Part shown: in pieces, positions 11,715 to 24,553 of the stretch
Layout of the letters: each line of letters begins with the position of its first letter
Numbering within the stretch: the first letter of the stretch is position 1
Assembly: GCA_030390025.1 (NCBI GenBank)
Contig: CM059432.1
Span: 2,170,001-2,234,000 of the forward strand
Origin: Squalus acanthias
Lineage: Eukaryota
DNA: 64,000 nt
Direction of reading: 5' to 3'
Made by a program: the position numbers and the translations under genes
Notes under the pieces: model-generated
What the model was told of the DNA's origin: nothing
The model's input: the letters and a program-made list of their open reading frames with translations, nothing else
The model's database searches: none

Positions 11715-12267
11715 AAAAAAGGAAGTCTTGCATCTATACAGCACCTTTCACGACCTCAGGACGTCCCAAAGCGCTTTACAGCCAATGAAGTACTTTTTTT
11801 TTAATTCGTTAACGGGATGTGGGCGTCGCCGGCAAGGCCAGCATTTATTGCCCATCCCTAATCGCCCTCGAGGTCTTTTGAAGTCCTGGTCAATATTTAT
11901 CCCTCAATAAACTTCACTAAAACAGATTATCTGGTCATTACCTCATTGCTGTACTTTTTTTAAGAGAACTAACTTGAAGGCGTTCTTTCTTGCCATAGTG
12001 CAGTCTACAACAATAACTTGTATTTATATAGTGCCTTTAAGGTAATAAAATGTCCCGAGGGGCTTCACGGGAGCGATTTTATCAGACAGAATTTGACACC
12101 GAGCCACATATTAGGGCAGGTGACCGAAAGCTTGGTCAAAGAGGGAGGTTTTAAGGAGCGTCTTAAAGGAGGAAAGAGTGAGGTATAAATAGAAAGACTC
12201 GCATTTATAAAGCGCTTTACAGCCAATGAAGCATTTTTCAAGTGTAGTCGCTGTTGTAATCTAGGAA
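11715..12267. mobile_element. Cluster of short DeuSINE, LINE-tail and L2 3' fragments
   Basis: Segments match tails of the families described above. Confidence 0.75.
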
Positions 12268-12813
12268 GAAAAAGGGGAAAGAATTGCCAAGGGGAGGGGG
12301 GAGATTAATAAAAGGTTGAAAACCCACACACACAATCTTGCTCTTCCTGAGCCCAGACTGCAGTCACAGCCTCCACACAGCAGGACATCACACAACTACA
12401 CACCGACTGTAATTTGCAAAAAAAGAATATTAAAAATAACAAACGTTTTTGCAGCAACATGTCCGTGCACAAATAATTGGAGAGGACAGTTGATTAAGTA
12501 TTCACTGGCACCGACGAGAATCACTGGACCTGCACAGCAGTGCCTTGCAACATAAATATATCGGTTTCTAATTAACGTTCACAACTGGACATGCTCAACC
12601 AGATCCCACTCGCTCCTCCCTTCGACCAGCACCAACCCACCGCACCCCCCACCCTGCCCCCCCGCACCTCTTCAAAGTGTCAGTAATTTTATTGGGTTAA
12701 ATTTCACCTTTCAGAAACATGGTCGCTCTGCCGGCACCCTCCCATGTATCGAGGCACTTTCACCTCGCTGTTACGGTTTTCAACAAAGCTGCATTAATGC
12801 CGGCCTCCGTCCC

Positions 12814-13283
12814 AGCCAGTGGCTCAGTGGGCAGCACTCTCGCCTCTGAGGCAGAAGGTTGTTGGTTCAAGCCCCACTCCAGAGACTTGAGCACATAAAT
12901 CTAGGCTGACACTCCCAGAGCAGTGCTGAGGGAGTGCCGCACTGTCGGAGGTGCCGTCTTTCAGATGAGACGTTAAACCGAAGCCCCGTCTGGTCTCTCA
13001 GGGGGACGTAAAAGATCCCACGGCCACTATTTCGAAGAAGAGCAGGGGAGTTATCCCCGGTGTCCTGGCCAATATTTATCCCTCAACCAACATCACTAAA
13101 AACAGATCATCTGGTCATTATCACCTTGCTGTTTGTGGGAGCTTGCTGTGCGCAAACTGGCTGCCGCGTTTCCTGCATTACAGCAGTGACTACACTTCAA
13201 AAATACTTCATTGGCTGTAAAGCGTTTTTGGACATCCGGTGGTCGTGAAAGGCGCTATAGAAATGCAAGTTCTTTCTTCTTCT
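12814..13283 (+). mobile_element. Full-length DeuSINE
   Basis: A/B boxes, core and tail. Confidence 0.9.
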
Positions 13284-14679
13284 CCCAGTCCCGGCTTCAC
13301 GACATCCTAATAGATGTTTTAGCAAGCCACATTTTCAAGATATATTTATTAAAAAATCGCTGCGATTATTTATGAAGCCATTGTACTACAAGTCTGGTAA
13401 TCACAAGGACAGCATGTCGCAGCACACCGCATTTTCCTCAATCTAAATCTAGATTTATTTATTTTTTAAATCGCTGCGATTGTTTATTAAGCCAAGCCCG
13501 GTAATCACAAGTGTGGCATGTCGCAGACAGTAACTCATTTCTACTTCCTATGTATTTGCATGCAGCCACTGTTGACTTCTTACAGTAGCAGATGTTAATT
13601 AAGTTTCAGATTCTCTGTTCTTGTTGCTCTCTGTGGTAATTTGTCGAACTGTGATGATAAAATAAGGCTGCAATTATCTTACTTGATCAGCAGTCGAGAC
13701 TCCCGTACAGAATGGATTATCTGTCCTGTCGTTTGGGTCACGGCGCTGCTGCAAGCGGCAACGCTTTTTTTTTATCCCCCGGCCTACAGAAAAGAAAAGA
13801 AAAATACCTTGCGTTCTGGCGCTCTGGCCATTCAACATTTACTCAATCCTACTCATTAATAATTAGCGCAAGCAGAAACGAAAATGACAGGGCCGAGCTC
13901 GAAACTATTGGCACTTTGGGTCATGGTTTCCAATTACAATTGGCAACCTAAACGAAAACCTCGTACAGTCAGACACTGTGTTAAAGAGCAGATGTCCCCG
14001 TATCATTAATCACATTTCTAATACATTCCAGATGAATAAATACGTCTAAAATTACAATGCCGAGCGTTCAGCCTAAGATATGCAATTTATGTACCCTCCA
14101 GGTCCTAAAACTCGTGAGCTTTACGAAGGTCAGTGTCTGTAGTTTGTCTACAATATTTACAACACGGGGAAGAGATGTGTCTAATTTATGAAAAATGAGG
14201 CATTTATCAGCTTTAGCCTCCATTTACATTTTTTTTTAAATAATGATTTTCCATCACCCAGCCATTTGCAATAGGCGGCCAGCCGCTCAGCATTCCTCAA
14301 GTCAGTTCAATTATTATCTATCATCTTATAAAGTAGTCTTCATTCAGCATATTTTAGCCGACTCTCTGACTGGGCACTTCACAGAGAAAGAGAACATTTA
14401 AATTCCTAGGACTTTCGCAGACTGAAGATTGCAACTAAATGAGAGACAAATTATTCTTCTTCACTTTGAATTTTATTCCCCCCAATCTGTCCTCTTATCC
14501 GAGTTATCTTAAACCACCATAGCTGATGCACTGACTGCTCCGTTCGGCAAGCAGTACTGGGATAACTAGAAAAACAATTTGCACTGTGGAAAATAATCTG
14601 CATTGTTTATAGCTCCATCGTTTCAGTATCGAAGAGGTTTGTCTCGGCAGTTCCGTCAGAGACCAGGCAGTCTGGGGCA

Positions 14680-15579
14680 CTCTCCTCTGCTCCCCTCCCC
14701 TCCCCAACTCTCCTCTCCTCTCCCCTACTCTCCTCTCCCCTCCCCTCCACCACTATCCCCTTCTCTCCGCTCCCCTCCCCTCCTCAACTCTCCCCTCCCC
14801 TCCGCTCCCCTCCCCTACTCTCCTCTCCCCTCCTCCACTCTCCTCTCCCCTCCTCCACTCTCCCCTCCCCTCCGCTCCCCTCCCCTCCCCTACTCTCCTC
14901 TCCCCTCCCCCACTCTCCTCTCCCCTCCCCTACTCTCCACTCCCCTCCTCTCCCCTCCCCAACTCTCCCCTCCCCTCCCCTACTCTCCACTCCCCTCCCC
15001 TCCCCTCCTCCACTCTCCTCTCCCCTCCTCTCCACTCCCCTCCCCTCCACAACTCCCCAACTCTCCCCTCTCCTTCCCTCCCATCCCCTCCCCAACTCTC
15101 CCCTCCGCTCCTCTCCTCTCCCCTCCCCTCCACAACTCTCCTACTCTCCCCTCCCCTTCCCTCCTCTCCCCTCCCCTCCCCTCCCCAGCTATCCCCTCCC
15201 CTCCACTCCCCTCCTCTCCGCTCCCCTCCCCTCCACAACACTCCGCTCCACTCCCCTCCTCAACTCTCCTCTCCACTCCCCTCCTCCACTCTCCACTCCC
15301 CTCCTCCACTCTCCTCTCCTCTCCCCTCCACCAATATCCCCTCCTCTCCGCTTCCCTCCCCATCTCTTCTACTCTCCCCTCCTCTCCGCTCCCCTCCCCT
15401 ACTCCCCTACTCTCCGCTCCCCTCCTCTCCTACTCTCCGCTCCCCTCCCCTCCTCTCCTACTCTCCGCTCCCCTCCTCTCCTACTCTCCGCTCCCCTCCC
15501 CTCCTCTCCTACTCTCCGCTCCCCTCCCCTACTCTCCTCTCCCCTCCACTCCCCTCCCCTCTGCTCCGCTCCCCTCCCC
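14680..15579 (+). repeat. Polypyrimidine pentamer-like repeat (CTCCC/CTCCT/CTCCA)
   Basis: About 900 bp, almost all C/T on the + strand. Confidence 0.97.
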
Positions 15580-16139
15580 AGAGTCCCCAGAGGGCGGGAG
15601 TGCAGTGTTAGCCGGGGGCAGCTCTGGAACCCACGATCCGATTGATTTCTGCAAGGGGTGGGGAAAGAGTACAAGGAAGGGAATCTGAAGAAGCACAGCC
15701 ACACTGTCTGCCGGCAATCAGGCTGCCTTGGGCTTTGCTCCACACATGCTCTGGAGTCCGGGCAGAAGAAAACGAAACACACACACACATCCTGCAGCGA
15801 GAGCGATATTTCCCGTTGAATCCAACAGGGAATAAAGTCTCCTCAGTTGCAACATACCGACATTGGCAAGTCATTGCAGCGCCAAGAACTTCGAGAACCA
15901 AGATGGGGAATTCCAGAGGAGGAATCCCCCCAGCCTGTGTTCCAGGGAGTGGGGGGGGGCTTTCCGTTTATTGTGGAGGATGTGGGGGCAGGAATGGGTT
16001 TGAATATTTATTTCATTCCTCAATAATCTCATTTACTTGACTCCTGCATGGAATGTTCCATTCGTCCATTCACAACACAGCTCTACCCCCAATGATTCAA
16101 ATCACAGGGATCCTCTCCGAACGTGTCCACGTCCTAATA

Positions 16140-16650
16140 TTACACAGAATCCCAGCACAGCAACAGGCCACTCGGCCCAACTAGTCGTTTGTGCTCCACA
16201 CCAGCCTCCTCCCACCTCTCTTCATCTCACCCCCATCAGCATGTCCTTCTGTTCCCTTCTCCCTCATGTGTTTATCCAGCTTCCCCTTAAAATTGGTGCC
16301 AGTGGGATTGAGACTGATCCCAAACCCTTTATCCCGTCCCTCCCGCCATCCCAATCTCCCTCACTACTTCACTGATACTTAGCTAATTCAGATGAGGAGG
16401 AATTTCTTCACTCAGAGGGTTGTGAATCTTCAGAATTCTCTGCCCCAGAGGGCTGTGGATGCTGAATCGTTGAGTATATTCAAGGCTGAGATCGATAGAT
16501 TTTTGGACTCTAAGGGAATCGAGGGATATGGGGATCGGGCGGGAAAGTGGAGTTGTGGTTGATGATCAGCCATGATCTTATTGAATGGTGGAGCAGGCTC
16601 GAGGGGCCATGTGGCCGACTCCTGCTCCTAATTCTTATGTTCTTATATTC
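16140..16650. mobile_element. Two CR1 3' ends (minus 16140-16292, plus 16390-16650)
   Basis: Match CR1 UTRs elsewhere in the window. Confidence 0.8.
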
Positions 16651-18235
16651 TAATACATAGAATCATACATCCTGAGGTTGTGAAAGGCGCTGTAGAAAGG
16701 TAAGTTCTATCTTGAAATCAGAGACTGAAAAAAAGTTACCCAACTGAGTGGCGGGCAAGTGCGAATGGAGACGTGCGTGCCCTGGGATTTGTCCAGACCT
16801 CCGTGTCCGGAGGCAAAAATTCCAACTGTTCAAACGTAAATGTAGGATTAGGGGGATTCAAAGCATAAGACGACTTTAATTTGTCTTCGGGAGTGCAAGG
16901 TGACAGCTTCTGTCTCACTAACCTTTGACGGCACACCCGGGCTTTGGAGCCTCACAGGTCACTCTGTAAGTGATAAAAAATGGTTCTCGAGAAGCAGCTT
17001 CACAATTATTTATGGCCAGCCAGCTGACCTCCTTCACGGCTACATTTTCAACTGTCCTCTTTGAAGTTCGATCTGTGGCAGAAAATGGAAGGGAAAATGA
17101 TCTCCAGATATCCAGCACTGTGGATATTGCGATTCCTTAATGGCTTTTGCAAAGCCCGGGCTTAGGACCAATTTGTACGTGGGTGCCAAACGTGTGATGT
17201 TTTGACAGTGAGCTGCAGAGGAAACGCCGGGACCCAAAGGATTAATAAGGACCTTTCAAAACCATCAGTGTGGGCCTTGATAAAACATTCGTCTTTCTGC
17301 AAGCCTGTGACATTTTGCCAGACTCTCCATTTAAAAAAAAAGTCTCCATTTTTTCCCCCCCCCCAAGAGCTGCCAGGGTTTCAGGAGCCTGTTTTTTTAA
17401 ATTTTTGGCGAATGGATCAGACGCAAGCTGACGGGATGGAGCGGCCACCATCTCGACGACTCTTAGCCCCGCAGAAATCGTTTGCGCAGGACAGGTCTAA
17501 GAGACAGTCTGCTTCCTGGCAGGTTAAGAAGCGCACAGGCAGCAGAACGGCCCACCTCTGAGGCTACTGATGTCACATAAGCTGCCGACCCCTGTGCGAT
17601 TCTTTGATTATTACAGAGATATAAAATGCAGCAGCGAGATGCCGAAGCCTTGAATTCTTCTTCTCAATTAGAGTAATGATTTAGAAGAGACACTCAAACT
17701 GCTGGCTAGGCTGCACTTACACTCCGCAGCTACCCCTGAAGAATAATAAACCCAAACTTAACATAAAAATTTGTTTCCTAGTGTAATATTTCCACCAGCA
17801 CTTGTTAGCAGTTTAATGTGATAAATTAGTCACTGTAGAGATAGAAAACTTATCACCAAAACATATGGGGCAATTATTTCTTCAATGCCGACAAGGTTAT
17901 AATATACAATTTTACATTCACATCTCTCTCCACAACGGCAGTTAATATATTCCACCGAGAACCGAGGTGCTTCAACAATTTTTCCCCCCAGTATACAAAC
18001 TGACATGTTTCAATTACTTTCCAGAACAGGTTGATAGGCCCAGAGCTTTCTAATTTGGAGTTGAAGATACCCATACCTTCGCTTGAATAACTAGGAGATG
18101 TGCTGCATTCTACCGTCACGACCTCTAACGTCGGCCACTCTAGCTGCACCTGGCAACATCCAGCGGTAGACGTCAGGTAGACTGGCGCTAAAATATCTGG
18201 TCTCGCCCCCACCCCCCTGCACACCCCCACCCACC

Positions 18236-18588
18236 TTCCCTATCTCCGTAACCTCCTCCAGCCCTACAACCTCCCGAGATCTCTGCTCTCCTCCAATTCC
18301 GGCCTCTTGCGCATCCCCGATTTAATCGCTCCACCATTGGCGGCCGTGCCTTCAGCTGCCTGGGCCCCGAGCTCTGGAATTCCCTCCCTAATCCTCTCCG
18401 CCTCTCTACCTCTCTCTCCTCCTTTAAGACGCTCCTTAAAACCTACCTCTTTGACCAAGCTTTTGGTCACCTGTCCTAATATCTCATGTGGCTCGGTGTC
18501 AAATTGTGTCTGATAATCGCTCCTGTGAAGCGCCTTGGGACGTTTTACTACATTAAAGGCGCTGTATAAATACAAGTTGTTGTTGTTA
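18236..18588 (+). mobile_element. L2-type LINE 3' fragment
   Basis: Same family as 1518; (GTT)n tail. Confidence 0.9.
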
Positions 18589-18600
18589 TAGACACCCCAC

Positions 18601-18744
18601 CAATGTAACCTTTAAGCCGCGCGGCTCTCTGGACCTCCCGCGCAATGAGAAAAGCCGCGCATGCGCAGTATTTTGAATGGGCCGCGCAGCCCCTTAAAGG
18701 GGTCGCGCACCCCCTTAAAGGGGTCGCGCACCCAAAGAACATTG
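18601..18744. mobile_element. hAT-like MITE (family of 941)
   Basis: Ends CAATGT / ACATTG; TSD CACCCCAC / CTCCCCAC; shares GCGCATGCGC and CCCCTTAAAGGGG palindromes. Confidence 0.7.
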
Positions 18745-19199
18745 CTCCCCACCCCACCCGAAACTATGTGATCTCCTGGGAGATCATTAGTAACCCAGGC
18801 AAATTTGGAGGCAGGGCAAACAATCTGGGAAATTCCTCTCCGAACGCCCCCCCCCCACCGCCTAGGCGAACGAGACCAGTCCAGGAATGATGTCACCGTG
18901 CACCGCAGCACACAAACCCCGTGGTGAAGTTTCCTGCGTGTCATTTGATGAGGACAGCGTTGCTCATTAAATGCGCGCCATTAAACGGTTCGATCGCAGC
19001 ATGGACTGGTTGGGCCGAATGGCCTGTTTCTGTGCCGTATATCCTGTGTAAAGTGTCGCTCGTTAGACCCCTCTCTGGGTTAGTGCATACTAATCATTCT
19101 CATACAGATGTGGGAGCCGATTCGCACAGCACACACTTCATCATTTTAGGGAGGGAAGGGAAGGAAGGAAGGAAAGGAGGGAGGGAGGGAAGGAAAGAA

Positions 19200-19452
19200 A
19201 GACTGAGATGAGGAGGAATTTCTTCACTCAGAGGGTTGTGAATCTTTGGAATTCTCTGTCCCAGAGGGCTGTGGAGGCTCAGTCGTTGAGTATATTCAAG
19301 ATTGATAGATTTTTGGACTCTAGGGGAATCGAGGGATATGGGGATCGGGCGGGAAAGTGGAGTTGAGGTCGAAGATCAGCCATGATCTTATTGAATGGCA
19401 GAGCAGGCTCGAGGGGCTGTATGGCCGACTCCTGCTCCTAATTCTTATGTTT
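19200..19452 (+). mobile_element. CR1 3' end
   Basis: GAGATGAGGAGGAATTTCTTCACTCAGAGGG through the tail. Confidence 0.88.
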
Positions 19453-19769
19453 TTATCCCGCTTTTAAAAAAATGCCATCCTGTCACTAACTGTTACAAGG
19501 AGGGATTTTAAACTAAAAGAGAAATTGTCAAAATAAATATACATGACTTAATCCCCAGAGTGCTTAATGACGGTTTGACAGGCAGACTGTTCCTAAACGC
19601 TTGTTAAAAAAGAAAGGAACAGCCCCTTTTAAAACCCTTTATTCATGATGAACCCATGGCAGTGTCTCACGTCCTGTGTTTTGAAGTGGCCCTATTAGGG
19701 CAACATAAGGCACTGCTTGACGATCAGCTTTACACCGTATGTACCTCAGAGCAGCACACACATTATAAA

Positions 19770-20170
19770 AAAACAACAAAATTGCATTGATATAGCGCCT
19801 TTAACGTAGTAAAACGTCCCAGGGCGCTTCACAGGAACGTTAACAAGCAGAATTTGACACCGAGCCACATAAGGAGATATTAGGGCAGGAGACCAAAAGC
19901 TTGGTCAAAGAGGTAGGTTTTAAGGAGTGTCTTAAAGGAGGAGAGAGAGGTAGCGAGGCGGAGAGGTTTAGGGAGGGAATTCCAGAGCTTGGGGCCCAGG
20001 CAGCTGAAGGCACGGCCACCAATGGTGGAGCGATGGAAATCGGGGGATGAGTAAGAGGCCAGAATTGGAGGAGCGCAGAAATCTCGGAGGATTGTGGGAC
20101 TGGAGGAGATCACAGAGATACGGAGGGACCGAGGCCATGGAGGGATTTGAAAACAAGGATGAGAAATTTC
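19770..20170 (-). mobile_element. L2-type LINE 3' fragment
   Basis: FKSLHGL..GGRAFSCLGPKLWNSLP..FKTLLKTYLF. Confidence 0.9.
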
Positions 20171-20432
20171 AACCGTGGGATAGATTTTCCTCCAGTTACT
20201 TGTCGCAACATCAACAACCCTAACCCAAATTTCCTCTGCTTACTTTTTCTAGCTAAATTACAAACTTGTTCAAACAAAACAAAAGGCTTCTCAGAAATAT
20301 CACCCCGATAAAATCTCAAATTGATTTTAATATTTCACCCGCACAGCGTCTATAAACAATCACCCCCACAGATGTGGTACTGAGGCACACAGACCCGAGA
20401 TATCCCAGGATTAATCTCCAGCACATAATATT

Positions 20433-20853
20433 CATAAGAACATAAGAAATAGGAGCAGGAGTCAGCCATTCGGCCCCTCGAGCCTGCTCCGCCATTTAAT
20501 AAGATCATGGCTGATCTTCGACCTCAACTCCACTTTCCCGCCCGATCCCCATATCCCTTGATTCCCCTAGAGTCCAAAAATCTATCAATCTCTGTCTTGA
20601 ATATACTCAATGACTGAGAATCCACAGCCCTCTGGGGTAGAGAATTCCAAAGATTCACCACCCTCTGAGTGAAGAAATTCCTCCTCATCTCAGTCCTAAA
20701 TGGCCGACCCCTTATCCTGAGACTGTGACCCCTGGTTCTAGACTCTCCAGCCAGGGGAAACAACCTCTCAGCATCTACCCTGTCAAGCCCTGTAAGAATT
20801 TGATATGTTTCAACCTCTCATTCTTCTAAACTCCAGAGAGTATAGGCCCATTC
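20433..20853 (-). mobile_element. CR1-type LINE 3' fragment
   Basis: ORF 20524-20763. Confidence 0.9.
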
Positions 20854-21359
20854 AGTGATTTATTTTCATTGGGGCATGTGTCCAGATGCTTGGCGCGTTT
20901 GGCTTTTAAATGGATAACTGATTTCCCGTCATTTTATTTTTCCAATTTTCCCTCCCTCCGAATTCTCAAACCTTGCAGGGAGTGGCAGCAAAGGTCCTAG
21001 CCCCCAAATGGTCATTCCTTGCCTGCAAGCCCCAAGACACCGAACATCAGCAGCTAATTCGATCGCAGGGGAAATTATAGTTAGTCCAATCCTGTTCCCA
21101 CCTTATCGTACAGCACGAGAAGGCAGCCATTCGGCCCATCGTGCCTGTACCGGCTCATTGGAAGTGCTGTCCAGTGAGTCCCACTCACCCCCCTGCTCTT
21201 TCCCCACACGCTCGAACTTTACAATCGCTACTGGATCGCAGGTACACAAACCATAACTTCTCCCCCCCTCCAGATCCCCATTCCCCCACCCTCACCCTGA
21301 CCGAGATCACCAAATAACTGAAAAATTAATCAGAGACCTTCCAGTCTGTATCTCAATTC

Positions 21360-21820
21360 TAGGGCTCCAAGGGTTAGATTATGAGGAGAGATTACATAAA
21401 CTAGGCTTGTATTCCCTGGAATATCGAAGGTTAAGGGGTGATTTGACTGCAGTTTTTAGGATTTTGAAAGGAATTAATAGGGTAGATGGAGAGAGACTTG
21501 TTCTGCTGGTGGGGGGAGTCTAGGACAAGGGGGACATGACCTTAAAATCAGAGCCAGGCCATTCAGGAGAGAAGTTAGGAAACACTTCTTCACACAATGG
21601 GTGGTAGAAGTGAGGAACTCTCTCCCACAAAGAACAGTAGATGCTGGGGCTCAATTAATAATTTTAAATCTGCGATGGGATAGATTTTTGCTAGACAAGG
21701 GTATTGAGGGATATGGAGCCAAGGCAGGTGGGTGGAGTTAGGATACAGATCAGCCGTGATCTCACTGGATGGCGGAACAGGCTCGAGGGGCCGAATGGCC
21801 TCCTCCTGGTTCTATGTTCG
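21360..21820 (+). mobile_element. CR1-type LINE 3' fragment (more diverged)
   Basis: Similar to the 41977 subfamily. Confidence 0.85.
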
Positions 21821-22069
21821 ACACTAGGAGGTGCTTTTACAGATTGAGTCATCGCGAAACCTTTCACTAGTTTCTTATCCAAAGCTGTAATTTCTATTTG
21901 GGCACTTTCCACCCTCCTTGTACACAAAGTGCTCCTGTACGTTTATAGGCATAAACCCCATAGTCGGGTGAAAGAACATGTTTGCTCCCCAAAATTTATA
22001 CCGTTCCTCTCAAACTTATAACGTCCCACCTTCCCTCTCCAAACTCCAAATCCCAGAATTAAACTCAAT

Positions 22070-23281
22070 GGGCCGTAATTTGCGGCCCCTATGGGCGCGT
22101 ACGAGGTGTGCACGAACCCCCCCCCCCACCCCCCAGGGGCCGCGCAAGTTCCGGGTTCAGATGATTCGCATCTCCGGGAGATGGGCCCCCGCGGGCGGAG
22201 AGTTGGGCTATTTGCCCGTGAAATTCTTACGCCTGGGAAAAGCCGGCGTAAGAGTTTTAAAAACTGAAAAAAAATATTTTATCAATAATTTATACATTTA
22301 AAAACCTGTCCAATAAGGTAAGGTTATTTTTAGCCTCTTTAAAACATTTAAATTTATTTTTCAAAAAATGAAATTTTTGTGTTAAATATTTAATTAAATG
22401 GCATTTTAATTAATTTTAAATATAGAGTCATAAAGGCACAGAAGGAGGCCATTCAGCCCATCGAGTCCGTGCCGGTTCTCTGTAGCACAATCCAGTCAGT
22501 CCCATTCCCCCTGCTCTATCCCCGTAGCCCTGTGAGTTTATTTCCCTCAAGTGCCTCTCCAGTCTCCCCTTGAAAACATTGAGTGTCTCCGCTTCCATCA
22601 CTTCCGTCGGCAGCGAGTTCCAGGCTCCTCACCACTCACTGCGTAAAAAGGTTTTTCCTCACATCCCCCCTGTATCTCTTGCCCAAAACCTTAAATCTGT
22701 GTCCCCCTAGTCCTTGTACCATCAACTAGTGGGAACAGCCTTTCCCCGTCTAGCCTATCCAAACTCATCATAATCTTGTACACCTCTATCAAATCACCCC
22801 TCAACCTCCTTTGCTCTAATGAAAACAAATCCAGCTTCTCCAACCTGTCCTTGTAGCTAAGATCTCCCATCCCTGGAACCGTTCTGGTAAATCTCCTCTG
22901 CACCCTCTCAAGGGCCTTCACATCCTTCCTAAAGTGTGGTGACCAGAACTGGTCGCAATACTCCAGTTGTGGCCTAACCAGCGCTTTATAAATATGTGAT
23001 TTAAAAAAATATATTTGATGTCTAGGTGTATTTTTTGGGATATTCCCATTCATGCTTAGGGAGGTTCCGTACATACAGAATCCCCGTAAGTATGAATGGG
23101 GATCCCCTTCTGTCATTGGTTGGGCCTGCCCACATGATCCCAGGGCCTCTACCCGCGGGTACCCAGAGAGGCCCAGGACCGCGAGTCTCCGTACCCCCCC
23201 GGACCACCGGGTAGGTGGGCATTTTATTTGCGAATCGGAGGCATCTCCCCACGGGACGCCTCCGACCGCCAATTCAGGGCC
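22070..23281. mobile_element. Probable non-autonomous DNA transposon (Harbinger-like) interrupted by CR1
   Basis: Imperfect TIRs GGGCCGTAATTTGCGG / CCGCCAATTCAGGGCC; GC-rich ends, AT-rich centre; no clear TSD. Confidence 0.5.
22424..22988 (-). mobile_element. CR1-type LINE 3' fragment
   Basis: [38 protein letters not shown] on both sides (22417-22423, 22989-22995). Confidence 0.9.
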
Positions 23282-23374
23282 GCTGTTGCTTCAAGCAAAC
23301 TAGAAATGGCAGCAAGACTAATCCATCACTCCAGAAGACATTAAAGGGGCACCATCAGTTTAAAAAGTGCAATG

Positions 23375-23828
23375 TGATCCCGGGGATGGGGGGACTTCAA
23401 TTACGGTGGAGAGACTGGAGAAGCTGAGATTGTTCTCCTTAGAGTAGAGAAGGTTGAGAGGAGGAGATTTAATAGAGGTGTCCAAAATTATGAAGGGTTT
23501 TGATAGAGCAGATAGGGAGAGACTGTTTCCAGTGGCAGGAGGGTCGGTAACCAGAGGACTCAGATTTAAGGTCATTGGCAAAAGAACCAGAGGGAGAGAC
23601 GAGGAGAAATTTTTTACGCAGCGAGTTTTTGTGATCTGGAACGCGCTGCCTGAAGCAGATTCAATAGTAACTTTCGAAAGGGGAATTGGATAAATGCTTG
23701 AAAAGGAAAATTCACAGGGCTACAGGGAAAGAGCAGGGGAGAGTGGGACGAATTGGAGAGCTCTTTCAAAGAGCCGGCACAGGCACGATGGGCCGAATGG
23801 CCTCCTCCTGTGCTGTACCATTCTATGT
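23375..23828 (+). mobile_element. CR1-type LINE 3' fragment
   Basis: ORF 23454-23693 and UTR. Confidence 0.88.
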
Positions 23829-24553
23829 GCCTTCTGGACTTGATGTATCTTTTGTCGAACGTTGAAAAATACAGCAAGTGGCGCAGCAACTGAGGGCAGG
23901 CATCGTAGGGCCCACCTCAAGCCTTCCGTTGCCTGGCAACAGGTCAGCTTCCCACTGACTGGAGTGTGTTGCCTGGGGAGATTGGGGGGGGGATGGGACG
24001 GGAGGAGAGGGGCAGAAAGAGAGAAGGGATAGAGAGGTGTAATGCCCATAGAACAAAGAGCTGTGAAAGAGTTAACAATTAGAATCTCGGCTCTTTCATC
24101 GGTGCGCTCTCTGTAAACAAATAAAAGAAATTCCCATTGGTGGGTTGGCTTGCATATTGTATTATTGTCAGAGAGCAGAGTTTCAGAAGATATTGTGGTC
24201 TGGAGAATCTTACCACCCACTCAGACTCTAGATTCACATGTCAGGAGATAATAAAAAAGTTATTTATCATTATTTGATAGTAACACAATGATACAACATA
24301 TTAAAAATAGTTTTGGGGAACTTCACAGAAACTCACAGCACAGTAGGAGGCCGTTCGGCCCATCGTGCCTGTGCCGCTCTTTGGAAGAGCTCTCCAATTA
24401 GCCCCACTCCCCCACTCTTTCCCCACAGCCCTGCAAATTTTTCCCGTCGAGTATTTATCCAATTCCCTTCTTCAAAGCTCACAGAAATCAGAACCACATC
24501 AAATAAGTATTTCCTCAAAAATAATCATTTTGTGAGGCAGGGGAAATAATAAG

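Noticed and set aside
14603..15688. 361-aa Pro/Ser/Leu extensin-like ORF
   Set aside because: Pyrimidine tracts rarely contain stop codons; no coding evidence
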